Shown here in pieces: positions 39,281-48,932 of a stretch of 64,000 nt of DNA. Origin of the DNA: an uncultured Solirubrobacterales bacterium (GTDB lineage: Bacteria > Actinomycetota > Thermoleophilia > Solirubrobacterales > 70-9); contig CAVZLE010000005.1 in NCBI GenBank assembly GCA_963776045.1, positions 541,599-605,598 on the forward strand. The letters are read 5' to 3'. The position numbers and the translations under genes are program-made. The notes under the pieces were generated by a model. The model saw nothing but the letters and a program-made list of their open reading frames with translations. It ran no database searches and was not told the DNA's origin. Numbering within the stretch: position 1 is the stretch's first letter; each line of letters starts with the position of its first letter.

Positions 39281-40902
39281 TGGACGCAGTTCGACGGGAC
39301 GATGTTGAGGTCGACCTCAACGGCCCCGTTGGAGAGCTGGTCCTCGGGGATCTCGTAGACCTGAGCGGGGCACATCGACACCCAGGTCTGGGCGACCTCG
39401 CGCGGGACGTGCTTCTGGATCCGCACGTGGTTGGGCGCGTCGTCGCGGGTTGCGTTGCCGGAGGCGAAGACCGAGCTGAGCTTGTCGAAGGTGAGCTTGC
39501 CGTCGGGCTTCGGGTAGTGCTCCGCGGCATCGCCGAGGACCATCTCCTCCTCGGAGTCGGGCACCTGCTTCCACATTCCGCCGGGGAAGAAGCCCTGGGT
39601 GACGGTCATCGCGCTGGCGATCGCACCGCCCACGAAGAAGCCCTTGGAGAACGGCTGGCGGCCGTTGCGCCACTTGTAGAGGTCCTTGCCGATCATGCTG
39701 TTTCGGACGCGCTCGTCGTACGCGGAGAAGTCCACCTCGTCGCGCTTCAGCGCGGCCACGATCTCCTCGGCCGCGTACATCCCGGCGTGCATCGCGTAGT
39801 GGATGCCCTTGAGCTCCGGGATGTTCACCATCGTCGCCGAGTCGCCCGCGATCACCATGCCGGGCACCGCGAGCTTGCGTGGCATCGACCAGTAGCCGCC
39901 GGACGGGATCGTCTTGGCGCCCCACGCCTCTCGCTCGCCGCCCTCGAGGAGGTTCGAGACGAACGGGTGGGTCTTGAGCTGCTGCAGCGCGTCGTGGACG
40001 GAGAAGGTCGCGTCCGTGTAGTCGAGGCCGCAGACCATGCCGATGCAGATCTTGTCCTCGCCCATCGGGTAGATGAAGCTGCCGCCGAACTCGTTCCACT
40101 TCGCGCGCTTCCGGAGCGGCCAGCCCATCGTGTGGATCACCCGGTCGAGCGGCTTCTCCACCTTCCAGACCTCCTTGACGCCCAGCTCCCAGCGCTGCGG
40201 GAGGTGACCGTGGAGGTCGAAGTAGTCGAGCGCGGCGCCGGTGAGGTGGCCCGCCGTGCCCTCCGCGAGGACCGTCGCCTTGGCGACCAGGTCGGACCCG
40301 GGCTCGAAGTTGCCCAGCTCGTTGCCCTCGCGGTCACGTCCCTTGTCTCCCGAGCGGACGCCGACGACCACGCGGTCCTCGACGAGGAGCTTGGTGGCCG
40401 CGGTCTCGGGCAGGACGTAGACGCCGGCCTCCTCGGCCTTGTCGTTCAAGAAGCGGCTGAGCTTCGCGACCGAGGTGACGTAGTTGCCGTGGTTGCGGAA
40501 GTTCGGCGGCATTGGCTTGAGCGGCAGCGCATGGCCCTTGGTCAGCAGATATACCGCGTCCTTCTCGACCTCCTGGTACACCGGCCAGTCCGAGGGGTCG
40601 AGGTCCGGGAACAGCTCCCGCATCGCCGACGGGCGCATGTTGGCGCCGGAGAGCGTGTGCGCGCCGGGCGTCTTGCCCTTCTCGATCAGGGCGACCGGGA
40701 CCTCGCCGAGCGACTCGGCGAGCTCCGGCTCGTCCTCCAGGAGCTGCATCACGCGGATCGCGCAGGCGAGCCCCGCGGGGCCACCCCCGACGATCGCCAC
40801 GCCCACCTCGATCCGCTCCTCCTCCGGATCGGTGATCGAGCCGACGAACTCCTCCGTCGGCTCAACCGGAGGCGGGAACTCCGCTGGCGCTACTCCCGGC
40901 AT
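39202..40902 (-). CDS. electron-transfer flavoprotein:quinone oxidoreductase (ETF-QO)
   Basis: FAD motif VAIVGGGPAGLACA and a C-terminal 4Fe-4S region CPAQVYE...NCVQCG, over 566 aa. Confidence 0.9.
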   Translation of the reverse strand: MPGVAPAEFPPPVEPTEEFVGSITDPEEERIEVGVAIVGGGPAGLACAIRVMQLLEDEPELAESLGEVPVALIEKGKTPGAHTLSGANMRPSAMRELFPDLDPSDWPVYQEVEKDAVYLLTKGHALPLKPMPPNFRNHGNYVTSVAKLSRFLNDKAEEAGVYVLPETAATKLLVEDRVVVGVRSGDKGRDREGNELGNFEPGSDLVAKATVLAEGTAGHLTGAALDYFDLHGHLPQRWELGVKEVWKVEKPLDRVIHTMGWPLRKRAKWNEFGGSFIYPMGEDKICIGMVCGLDYTDATFSVHDALQQLKTHPFVSNLLEGGEREAWGAKTIPSGGYWSMPRKLAVPGMVIAGDSATMVNIPELKGIHYAMHAGMYAAEEIVAALKRDEVDFSAYDERVRNSMIGKDLYKWRNGRQPFSKGFFVGGAIASAMTVTQGFFPGGMWKQVPDSEEEMVLGDAAEHYPKPDGKLTFDKLSSVFASGNATRDDAPNHVRIQKHVPREVAQTWVSMCPAQVYEIPEDQLSNGAVEVDLNIVPSNCVQCGAITAKGGRLTPPEGGDGPLYTEV

Positions 40903-40912
40903 GGCGGCTGTC

Positions 40913-41893
40913 TCAGCCGCCCTTCTTTGCCTTGATGGCCTCGGTCAGCTTCGGCAGGATCTTGTGGAGGTCACCCACCACGCCGAGATCGCAGTACTCG
41001 AAGATCGGCGCGTTCGGATCCTTGTTGATCGCGAGGATCTCCTCGGAGTTCTGCATCCCGACCTTGTGCTGGATGGCCCCCGAGACGCCCGCGCCCAGGT
41101 ACAGCTTCGGCGAGACGGTCTTGCCCGTCTGGCCGATCTGGGTCGCGTAAGGGATCCAGCCCGCGTCGACGATCGCGCGGGTCGCGGCGACCTCGCCGCC
41201 AAGGGCAGCGGCCAGATCGCGGGCGATCGAGAGGTTCTCCTCGCCCCCGAACCCGCGGCCGCTGCCGATGAGGATGTCGGCGTCGGTGATGTCCACGCCG
41301 CCCTCGTCACCCGACTCGCCGCGAGTGACCATCCGTGCCTTGGTCGAGAACTCGGACAGCTCGACCTCGACGTCCACGACCTCGGCGTCGCCCGAGCCGT
41401 TCTCCTTCGCGTCGAAGGCGTTCAGGCGACCGATGATCACAGCGGGCTCGGAGACGTAGCCGACGTCGACGATCGCCGAGTCCTGGAGCACCGGGCGCTC
41501 GGCGACGAGCTTGCCGCCGTCGGCCTTGACCGCGGTGACCTCCATGGTCACGCCGGCGCCAAGGCGGGCTGTGAGGCCTGCGCCGATCTCGAAGCCCAGC
41601 AGGCCGCCGCCGAAGAGGGCGTAGCCGTAGTCGTTCTCGGAGATGACCTTGGCCATCGCGTCGACGATCGGCTGCGCGAGGCCCTCCGGCACGGACTTCG
41701 CCCGGTAGACCTTGGCCGCGCCGTACTTGCCGAGGCTCGCGGCAGCCGCGTCGTCGACGTCGCCGACGACCAGCGCCGCCGCCTCGCCGCCGATCTCGCC
41801 GGCCAGCCTTGCGGCCTCGGTGATCGCGCCCAGAGAGTTGTTGTTGAACTCGCCCTCGTCGGAGTGGAGGGCGTAGACGAGAATGCCAGCCAT
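40913..41893 (-). CDS. etfA: electron transfer flavoprotein subunit alpha
   Basis: 326 aa with C-terminal FAD-binding sequence LYLGAGVSGAIQHKVGM...ILAINKDPNAPIF. Confidence 0.93.
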   Translation of the reverse strand: MAGILVYALHSDEGEFNNNSLGAITEAARLAGEIGGEAAALVVGDVDDAAAASLGKYGAAKVYRAKSVPEGLAQPIVDAMAKVISENDYGYALFGGGLLGFEIGAGLTARLGAGVTMEVTAVKADGGKLVAERPVLQDSAIVDVGYVSEPAVIIGRLNAFDAKENGSGDAEVVDVEVELSEFSTKARMVTRGESGDEGGVDITDADILIGSGRGFGGEENLSIARDLAAALGGEVAATRAIVDAGWIPYATQIGQTGKTVSPKLYLGAGVSGAIQHKVGMQNSEEILAINKDPNAPIFEYCDLGVVGDLHKILPKLTEAIKAKKGG

Positions 41894-42685
41894 CTAAATC
41901 AGCTTCCTTTCGTCGAGCCAGGCGACGATCTTCTCGACCGTCTCGTTGGTGTCCTCGTCCTCGATGATCTCGCCGGCCTGCTTCTCGGCGGGCGGGTTGA
42001 TCGCGAGGACCGCGGTCCTGGAACCGGCCTCGCCGACCCGATCGGCTTCGATCCCGACGTCACCGTTGGACTTGGTATCAAGCGGCTTCTTCTTGGCGCC
42101 CATGATCGCCTTCAGCGACGGGTAGCGCGGCTCGTTGATCGCGTCGCCGACGCTGATGACGGCGGGCAGATCGATCTCGACGGTGTCGTATCCGTACTCC
42201 GCCTGCCGCTGGCAGGTGAGCTTGCCGTCGGCGACGTCCATCTTGATGACCTGCGTGAGCGAGGGCATCTTGAGGTGGTCGGCCACGACGGCACCGATCG
42301 TGTAGCACTCGCCGTCATCCGACTGCTGGCCGAGGAGCACCAGGTCGGGGCTCTCGGACTCGAGCAGCTTGGCGAGGGCGTACCCCGTGGCGCACACGTC
42401 GGAGCCCTCGAGGCCACCGTCGGTGAGGTGCACCGAGCGGTCAGCGCCAAGCGCGACGGCCTTGTGGAGGGCGCGGACGGCGCTCTCGGGGCCCATGGTC
42501 ACGGCGACGATCTCGTCCACTTCGGCGTTGCCGCCCTCGCGGATCTGCATCGCGGCCTCGATGCCATGGGTGTCGAACGGGTTCAGGTTCTTCTCGCCGG
42601 AGCGATCGAGCCGCTTGGTATTCGGGTCGATCCGCTTCTGTACGGCGGCGTCTGGAACCTCTTTGACGAGGCAACAGATCTTCAA
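41894..42685 (-). CDS. etfB: electron transfer flavoprotein subunit beta
   Basis: KICCLVKEVPD... An AAGGAGG Shine-Dalgarno 6 nt upstream of TTG 42685 supports this start over the longer ORF. Confidence 0.9.
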   Translation of the reverse strand: MKICCLVKEVPDAAVQKRIDPNTKRLDRSGEKNLNPFDTHGIEAAMQIREGGNAEVDEIVAVTMGPESAVRALHKAVALGADRSVHLTDGGLEGSDVCATGYALAKLLESESPDLVLLGQQSDDGECYTIGAVVADHLKMPSLTQVIKMDVADGKLTCQRQAEYGYDTVEIDLPAVISVGDAINEPRYPSLKAIMGAKKKPLDTKSNGDVGIEADRVGEAGSRTAVLAINPPAEKQAGEIIEDEDTNETVEKIVAWLDERKLI

Positions 42686-42839
42686 GTCGGGCCTCCTTGG
42701 GGGGCGCTGTGGGTGGTTTTCGAGCCGGGAGAGGGTCCTTGTGCTTACCCGGCGGCCGGGGATCATATCTGGTCCGAACACATGTTTGACTGACTAGTCA
42801 ATCGGGTGCCCTCTTGACACCGCTTCTAGCCTGTTGCCG

Positions 42840-43686
42840 ATGAGCAGGGTGGTCTTGGGATTGATGACCGTCGCAGGCCTCGCAGTCGCACCGGCAGCGA
42901 ATGCGGGAACGCCGGGACCGACGGAGAGCCTCGGCAGCGCCGGCGGGGTCGAGTACCTCAAGGCGAAGTTCGAGTCCGTTGCGAGCCAAGCGGGCGCGCC
43001 CGCCGAGTGCGACGTGGGCGACTACATCCTCGGCGGGGGCGGCTCGATCAACGGCGATCCCTCGAGCGCCGAGCTCAGCGTGCTCGCTCCGACGCGATTC
43101 GCCCGGGGGCTGGCTTGCGAAGGGCGCGAGCACGGACGGGCCGAGGAGGGTGACGACGTACGGGATCTGCGGCAACGAAGCCACCCAGCTCGACACCGCC
43201 ACGGCGTCATTCACCGCCGGTCAGGAGTTCAACTCCGGGGAGGAATGTGTCGCCGGTGACGTATCGCTCAGCGGCGGTGTCTCTGCGGGCAACGGCGACA
43301 CCACCATTGCCGGGATCCGGCCCGACTTCCAGGTGTTCGACTGGACCAACCGGTTCGCCGTCGAGTCGAACGACACGGTCTCGCGGCACATCGTCTGCAC
43401 CTCGCAGTACTCGCGGACGGTGAGGGCGGCGACGGCAACGGTGAGGAGGGCTTCGGCCGCGAAGGTCGTGCGCAAGTGCGGAAGCGGGGACGAGGTGTTG
43501 GGCGGCGGATTCAAGGTCGACAACGACGAGCTCCAGCTTCCATACGAGGTACACGCGATCACCTCGAAGCCCTGGGACGACCCGAACGACGCGAACAAGG
43601 TCCCCGAGGACGGCTGGCTCGCCAAGGTCTACAACGACACCGGGGCGAAGCTGGAACTGAAGACCTTCGCGGTCTGCGGCGCATGA
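42840..43686 (+). pseudogene. secreted three-domain Cys-bracketed repeat protein, paralog 1; apparent 1-nt insertion
   Basis: Signal peptide MSRVVLGLMTVAGLAVAPAANA and domain 1 are in the frame of ORF 42834. Domains 1b-3 are in ORF 42901..43686. The frames join if one base of GCCCGGGGG (43102-43109) is removed, and 846 nt is then divisible by 3. Confidence 0.7.
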
Positions 43687-44552
43687 GGAGGCTGGCCGCT
43701 CTGTCCGTTGCCGTCACCGTGGCGATCGATGCGCCGCGGCACCCGCCGTCGCCGGGACGGCCGGGCAGACCGAGAGCCTCGGCAAGTCGAAGGGACTCGA
43801 GTACATGCGCGCGACCTTCCCCAACGTCCTGACGCAGACTCCGCAGCCGGCCAACTGCGACGGTGACGCGCAGATCGTGGGCGGGGGCGGTTCGATCTCG
43901 GGCCCGGCGCCGCAATCGACGCTGAACGAGACGTATCCGATCCCGCCCTCGACATGGCAGGCCGAGGGCAACTCAACGGGCGCCGTGCAGAAGCTGAAGG
44001 CCTACGCGGTCTGCGGCGGCTTCATTCCGGAGTACGAGAACAATCAGGCTGCGCTCGGCGAGAACACCGTGCTGATCGCGACCGCGCCGTGCGCGATGGA
44101 CACGGATCCGATCGGCGGTGGCGGTGGCGCAACCGGCTCGGGCATCCGCATGATCGCCAGCTTCCCGCGGCTTCCTCCCAGCAGTCCGCTGGGCTGGCAC
44201 CCCTTCGCGCACAACACGACCATGGACGACACCCTGTGGGATTCCTGGGCCATCTGCAGCGATCTCGACGTGAGCTACCGCAACTCGTCCCGGGTGCGGA
44301 TCGGCCCCGAGGAAGACCGGCAAGACGATCGCCAGGTGCACGTCCAAGGAGGCCGTCGTCTCGGGCGGCTGGTCCGGGAAACGCGAGAACGTGGTCGGCT
44401 ACACCATGCGAGCGCTGACGACGAGGCCCTGGGACTCCAAGGACGACGCGAACAAGGTGCCCGACGACGGCTGGCTCGCCAAGGCCCAGAACCTTCACAC
44501 GCAGGGCATTGACATCGTCGCCAACGCCGTCTGCAAGCGCCCGGCGCGGTAA
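43683..44552 (+). pseudogene. secreted three-domain Cys-bracketed repeat protein, paralog 2; two compensating frame breaks
   Basis: ATG 43683 overlaps the paralog-1 stop (ATGA) and gives MRRLAALSVAVTVAI. The homologous body (AAAPAVAGTAGQTESLG...) is in the frame of ORF 43805..44512. The last domain (...CTSKEAVVSGGW...KVPDDGWLAKAQN...ANAVCKRPAR) returns to the first frame after CCCC at 44305-44308. Confidence 0.65.
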
Positions 44553-44562
44553 ACCGCGGCCG

Positions 44563-44982
44563 CTAGGCCGAGGCGCCCTGCGCGACGGCGCCGCGGATGA
44601 ACTCCACGATGTCGTCGGTGGGCGAGCCGGGCGTGAAGATCTCGTCCACCCCGAGCTTCTTGAGCTCCGGGATGTCGTCGTTGGGGATCGTTCCCCCCAC
44701 GGTGAGCACGACGTCCTCGGCGCCCTGCTCCTTCAGCAGCTCGACGACGCGCGGAACGAGCGTCATATGGGCGCCGGAGAGGATCGAGAGACCCACCGCG
44801 TCGGCGTCCTCCTGGATCACCGTTGCGGCGATCTGCTCGGGCGTCTGGTGGAGGCCGGTGTAGATGACCTCCATGCCGGCGTCGCGAAGCGCGCGGGCGA
44901 TGATCTTGGCGCCGCGGTCGTGCCCGTCCAGGCCGGGCTTGGCCACGACGACTCGGATCTTCTTCCCGGCTTCCTCGCTCAT
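44563..44982 (-). CDS. methylmalonyl-CoA mutase family, cobalamin-binding small subunit
   Basis: [36 protein letters not shown] contains the DxHxxG B12-binding motif. 139 aa from MSEEAGKK. Confidence 0.9.
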   Translation of the reverse strand: MSEEAGKKIRVVVAKPGLDGHDRGAKIIARALRDAGMEVIYTGLHQTPEQIAATVIQEDADAVGLSILSGAHMTLVPRVVELLKEQGAEDVVLTVGGTIPNDDIPELKKLGVDEIFTPGSPTDDIVEFIRGAVAQGASA

Positions 44983-45007
44983 CTGAGCGGGGAGCGTAGA
45001 GCCTCGG

Positions 45008-45329
45008 CTAGGAGCCGAAGCCGGTGACTGCGGCGATGATCGCGATGGTGATCGCAAGCACGGTCACGAGCGCCAGCAGGCCGCCAAGCGAGAAGAACGC
45101 GGTCTTCATGCCCTTCTGGTCGTCGTCGATGCCGTGGGAGTCCTCCGGATCGACGATCACGTCGCCCTTCGGAGTCCTCGGAGATCGAGTCCTCCTGCGC
45201 CCGCATGTGGGCGGCCTGCTCGGCCGCCTCACGGGTGGGGTGATTCGTGACGGCGACGCCGTCCTCCACGTTGACGACGTCCCAGCCGTCGATCTCGCTG
45301 GGCACGACCTTGAGATCAGCCATGGCCAC
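45008..45329 (-). pseudogene. DUF2188-like small protein with C-terminal TM anchor; apparent 1-nt insertion
   Basis: [40 protein letters not shown]... comes from ORF 44979..45329. It continues as [52 protein letters not shown] in the frame of ORF 45008..45532. The frames join if one base of CCC at 45165-45167 is removed. Confidence 0.6.
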
Positions 45330-45359
45330 CGAATACCCGGGGCCGACGGGGGAAAACGC

Positions 45360-47021
45360 CTAGAAGACCGGCTGCTCGGTGAAGGTCCCGAAGACCTCCT
45401 GGAGGGCGGCGACCATCTCGCCCTCGGAGGCACGCACCCTCGCCGCTGCAAGGAAATGGGGCATGAGGTTCTCGCCCTCGCTGGCGGCCGCCGCCTTGAG
45501 CGCCGCGAGCGCCGACTCCACCGCGGCGCCATCCCGGGCTGTCTTGGTCGCGGCCAGGCGCCCGGCCTGCTTGCGTTCCATCTCGGGATCGATCTTGAGC
45601 GTGGGGATCTGCTCTTCGCCGGCCAGCTTGTACTCGTTGACGCCGACCACGATCCGCTTGCGCTGGTCGACCTCGTGCTGGTAGCGGAAGGCGGCGTCGG
45701 CGATCTCGCGCTGCGGGTAGCCGCGCTTCACGGCCTCGACCATGCCGCCCAGATCGTCGATCCGCGCGAAGTAGTCTCGGGCCGCCGCCTCCATCTCGTC
45801 CGTGAGCTTCTCGACGAAGTAGGCGCCGCCCAGCGGGTCGATCGTGTTCGTCACGCCGGTCTCGTGGGCGATCACCTGCTGCGTGCGCAGCGCGATCCGC
45901 ACCGCGTCCTCGGTGGGCAGGGCGAGCGCCTCGTCGTAGGAGTTCGTGTGCAGCGACTGCGTGCCGCCGAGCACGCCGGCGAGCGCCTCGATCGTGGTCC
46001 GGACGATGTTCACCAGCGGCTGCTGCGCGGTGAGCGAGACGCCGGCCGTCTGCGTGTGGAAGCGCATGCGCATCGCCTCGGGCGTGGTCGCGCCGTAGGT
46101 GTCGCGCAGCTCGGTGGCCCAGATCCGGCGGGCGGCGCGGTACTTCGCGATCTCCTCGAAGAAGTCGAGGTGGGCGTTGAAGAAGAAGCTGAGGCGCGGG
46201 GCGAACTCGTCGACGTCGAGGCCGCGCTCGATCGCGCGCTCGACGTAGGTGAAGCCGTCCTTCAGCGTGAACGCCAGCTCCTGCTGAGCGGTCGACCCGG
46301 CCTCGCGGATGTGGTAGCCGGAGATCGAGATGGGGTGCCAGCGGGGCATCTCCGACGAGCACCACTCGATCATGTCGGTGACCAGCCTCATCGCCGGGTC
46401 GATCGGGAAGCACCACTCCTTCTGGGCGATGTACTCCTTGAGGATGTCGGTCTGGATCGTGCCGCCGAGGCGATCGGGCGTGATGCCCTTCTCCTCCGCC
46501 GCCACGACGTAGAACGCCAGCAGGATCGCGGCGGGCGCGTTGATCGTCATCGAGACCGTGACCTCGTCCAGCGGGATGCCGTCGAAGAGGGTCTCCATGT
46601 CGTCCACCGTGTCCAGGGCGACGCCCTCCACGCCCACCTCTCCGAGGGAGCGGGCGTGGTCGGAGTCGAGGCCCATCAGCGTGGGCATGTCGAAGGCGGT
46701 CGAGAGCCCTGTCTGACCGTGGTCGAGCAGGTAGCGGAACCGCTCGTTCGTCTCCTCGACGGTGCCGAAACCGGCGAACTGGCGCATCGTCCACAGCCGG
46801 CCGCGGTACATCGACGGGTAGACGCCGCGGGTGTAGGGGAACTCGCCGGGGTGGCCCAGGTCGCGGTCGGCGTCCCAGCCCTCCAGATCCTCCTCCGTGT
46901 AGAGCGGGTCGATCGGGTGGCCGGAGATGGTCTCGAAGAGCGCGTCGCGCTCGGGCTTCTCCGCGTAGGACTCGTCCTTCCACTGGTGCGCGCGGCGGCG
47001 CGCATCGGGCTCGATGGCCAT
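45360..47021 (-). CDS. methylmalonyl-CoA mutase family, large catalytic subunit
   Basis: 553 aa with [26 protein letters not shown] and a TIM-barrel substrate domain. There is no B12 domain, so the enzyme is split. Confidence 0.93.
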   Translation of the reverse strand: MAIEPDARRRAHQWKDESYAEKPERDALFETISGHPIDPLYTEEDLEGWDADRDLGHPGEFPYTRGVYPSMYRGRLWTMRQFAGFGTVEETNERFRYLLDHGQTGLSTAFDMPTLMGLDSDHARSLGEVGVEGVALDTVDDMETLFDGIPLDEVTVSMTINAPAAILLAFYVVAAEEKGITPDRLGGTIQTDILKEYIAQKEWCFPIDPAMRLVTDMIEWCSSEMPRWHPISISGYHIREAGSTAQQELAFTLKDGFTYVERAIERGLDVDEFAPRLSFFFNAHLDFFEEIAKYRAARRIWATELRDTYGATTPEAMRMRFHTQTAGVSLTAQQPLVNIVRTTIEALAGVLGGTQSLHTNSYDEALALPTEDAVRIALRTQQVIAHETGVTNTIDPLGGAYFVEKLTDEMEAAARDYFARIDDLGGMVEAVKRGYPQREIADAAFRYQHEVDQRKRIVVGVNEYKLAGEEQIPTLKIDPEMERKQAGRLAATKTARDGAAVESALAALKAAAASEGENLMPHFLAAARVRASEGEMVAALQEVFGTFTEQPVF

Positions 47022-47063
47022 GGGCGGGATTCTACGGCGGGCGGGAACGCCACCCGGGCGGGA
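47022..47063. repeat. three direct GGGCGGGA octamers at exact 17-nt spacing
   Basis: GGGCGGGA at 47022, 47039 and 47056, between the mutase start codon (47021) and GTG 47076 of the divergent membrane-protein gene. Confidence 0.85.
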
Positions 47064-47075
47064 TAGATTCGCCGG

Positions 47076-47852
47076 GTGACCGCGAGCAGACGCTGGCTAT
47101 TCCTCTGCCTGGGAGGGATCGCACTGTGGATCGCGGCCGGGGTGATCCCGGGCGCGCTCGCCGAGGACCCGACCGATCCGGCCCCCACCCTCATCGGCTT
47201 CGCCGCCGGCGGCACCGTGTTCTTCGGCCTGGTCTTCGGTTACTCGCTGTGGAAGACACGGGCGAAGCCCGACCCGGAGCTCGACGGCCTGCTGCGGGAA
47301 CTGGCGCTCGAGGAGCGGAGTGAGTGGGAGGCAGGCATCACGGCCTCGGCGATCGGCGCCTCCCGCCGCCTCGCGCAGGCCTACCTGGTGCTCGGGATCA
47401 TCGTGACCGCCCTGGGCCTGTCGATCATGTGGCAGGAGGGACTGGAGGTCGGGAGCACGAAGGTCACCGTCATCGTCCTGGTCGCGATCGTGGTGGTGTG
47501 GGCCGCCGCGACCCCGGCCATCCTCGGCTGGGCCCAGCGGAACTCAGCCGCCGTGCTCGCGCCGCTCGGGCTGATCCAGGACGGCACGGTGCTGGCCGGC
47601 GAACGTCACGGCCGTGCGGTCGCGATCACCCTCGACCAGTACGGATCGCTCACGCGTCTCACCGGGAGCTCGAATGCCCTGCCGCTGGAAGGGGAGGCGA
47701 TCCTGGCCTACGCGGGCCGGGGATCGGCGGCGACATGGAGCGACGCGAAGGCGAAGCAGGAGGGACCGCGGATCGAGGTCCGCCGCAAGGGCCACGAAGG
47801 GGCACACTGGCTGTGGGATCTGTGGCTGGCGGAACGGCTGGCAGGGGAGTAG
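47076..47852 (+). CDS. hypothetical membrane protein
   Basis: 258 aa with about four hydrophobic helices and a soluble C-terminal part. G/C third-position bias is good. No family was recognised. Confidence 0.6.
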   Translation: MTASRRWLFLCLGGIALWIAAGVIPGALAEDPTDPAPTLIGFAAGGTVFFGLVFGYSLWKTRAKPDPELDGLLRELALEERSEWEAGITASAIGASRRLAQAYLVLGIIVTALGLSIMWQEGLEVGSTKVTVIVLVAIVVVWAAATPAILGWAQRNSAAVLAPLGLIQDGTVLAGERHGRAVAITLDQYGSLTRLTGSSNALPLEGEAILAYAGRGSAATWSDAKAKQEGPRIEVRRKGHEGAHWLWDLWLAERLAGE

Positions 47853-47876
47853 GCGTTCACCCCGGCCTGCCGCGCC

Positions 47877-48863
47877 TCAGGGTGCGATTCGGATGCCGCT
47901 CGGGTTCGAGAGGTCGGTGCCGTTCAGCAGGGTCTGGTCGCCGGTGTCGAGATCGACGCGGTAGATCCCGCCGGAACCCGAGGGTGCGTAGTAGTCGGCG
48001 ACGGCCGCCGTATTGCTGTCGATCAGCGCGATCCCGCTGGGATTCTGCAGCGGGCCGCCGCGCGCGAGCGTCTTCTGAGCGCCGGTTCGGAGGTTCACCT
48101 TGAAGACGGCACCCGGCTTCTGGTAGGTGTCGGTGTCCGTGACCAGGACGTTCTTGGAGCCGATCAGCGCGAGGTTCTGCGGGAAGACGAACTTGCCCTT
48201 CCTGCTGATCGCCTCCTGCTCGCCGGTGTTCGCGTTGACCTCGATGACCGCACCCCGGCCCTTGTTGTCGTGGTAGGCGCTCGCGTCGCTCACGAGCAGC
48301 TTGGCGCCGCCCGCCGCGATGATGCCGAAGGGCGAGGCGAGGCCGCCCGCCTTGGTGACCAGCGACTGCGCCCCGGTCGCGATGTCAACCTCGATGATCT
48401 TCCGCGGAGGCGAGTAGTCGGCAACGAAGAGCGAGTCCCCGGCGCGGTCGATGGCGACCGGGTTCCTCATGAGCTCCTTGCCGCCGACCCCGGCCGAGAT
48501 CGAGTTGCTGGAGACGGCGGTCTGGGCCCCGGTGGTGCTCTCCAGCCGGCGGATCCCGCCGGTGCCGCCGAACGCGTCGCGGTCCACCACGAAGATGTCG
48601 CCGTCGTCCGCGAACGTGACGTCGTAGGGGGCGGCGAACGCGGCGTTGGTGATTTGGGTGGCGGCGCCCGTCACCGGGTCGATCGCCTTGACCGTCTGAT
48701 TCACCGAGTCGGCGACGATGATGTCGCCCGGGTCGTAGACGTTCAGGCCCTTCGCCCCCTGACCGGAGCCTGGAACGACGGCCGCAAGCACAGCCATCCC
48801 CGCGAGCGACATCGCGATCAGGCTCCTGCTCCTGCCCCTGCCAACCTGCATCTTGTTCGTCAT
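47877..48863 (-). CDS. secreted six-bladed beta-propeller protein (NHL/SMP-30-like repeats)
   Basis: Signal peptide, then six repeats of the type P-x-G/D-I/V-...-V-x-D (FAAPYDVTF, MRNPVAIDR, LASPFGIIA, FVFPQNLAL, LQNPSGIAL, LSNPSGIRI). GGGGGGAG Shine-Dalgarno before ATG 48863. Confidence 0.7.
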   Translation of the reverse strand: MTNKMQVGRGRSRSLIAMSLAGMAVLAAVVPGSGQGAKGLNVYDPGDIIVADSVNQTVKAIDPVTGAATQITNAAFAAPYDVTFADDGDIFVVDRDAFGGTGGIRRLESTTGAQTAVSSNSISAGVGGKELMRNPVAIDRAGDSLFVADYSPPRKIIEVDIATGAQSLVTKAGGLASPFGIIAAGGAKLLVSDASAYHDNKGRGAVIEVNANTGEQEAISRKGKFVFPQNLALIGSKNVLVTDTDTYQKPGAVFKVNLRTGAQKTLARGGPLQNPSGIALIDSNTAAVADYYAPSGSGGIYRVDLDTGDQTLLNGTDLSNPSGIRIAP

Positions 48864-48932
48864 CGGGTCTCCCCCCCTTGCCGGCACTCCCCGCCTTCTC
48901 AGACCGAGGCTACACCGCGGAGAGGCTCCTGG

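Noticed and set aside
43102-44308. Phase variation by homopolymer slippage as the cause of the frameshifts in the secreted paralogs (and the lipase and LCP genes).
   Set aside because: The tracts are only 3-5 nt long, far shorter than known contingency loci. The same type of break hits essential atpD, so sequencing error is more parsimonious. It is kept as a caveat under the clustering finding.
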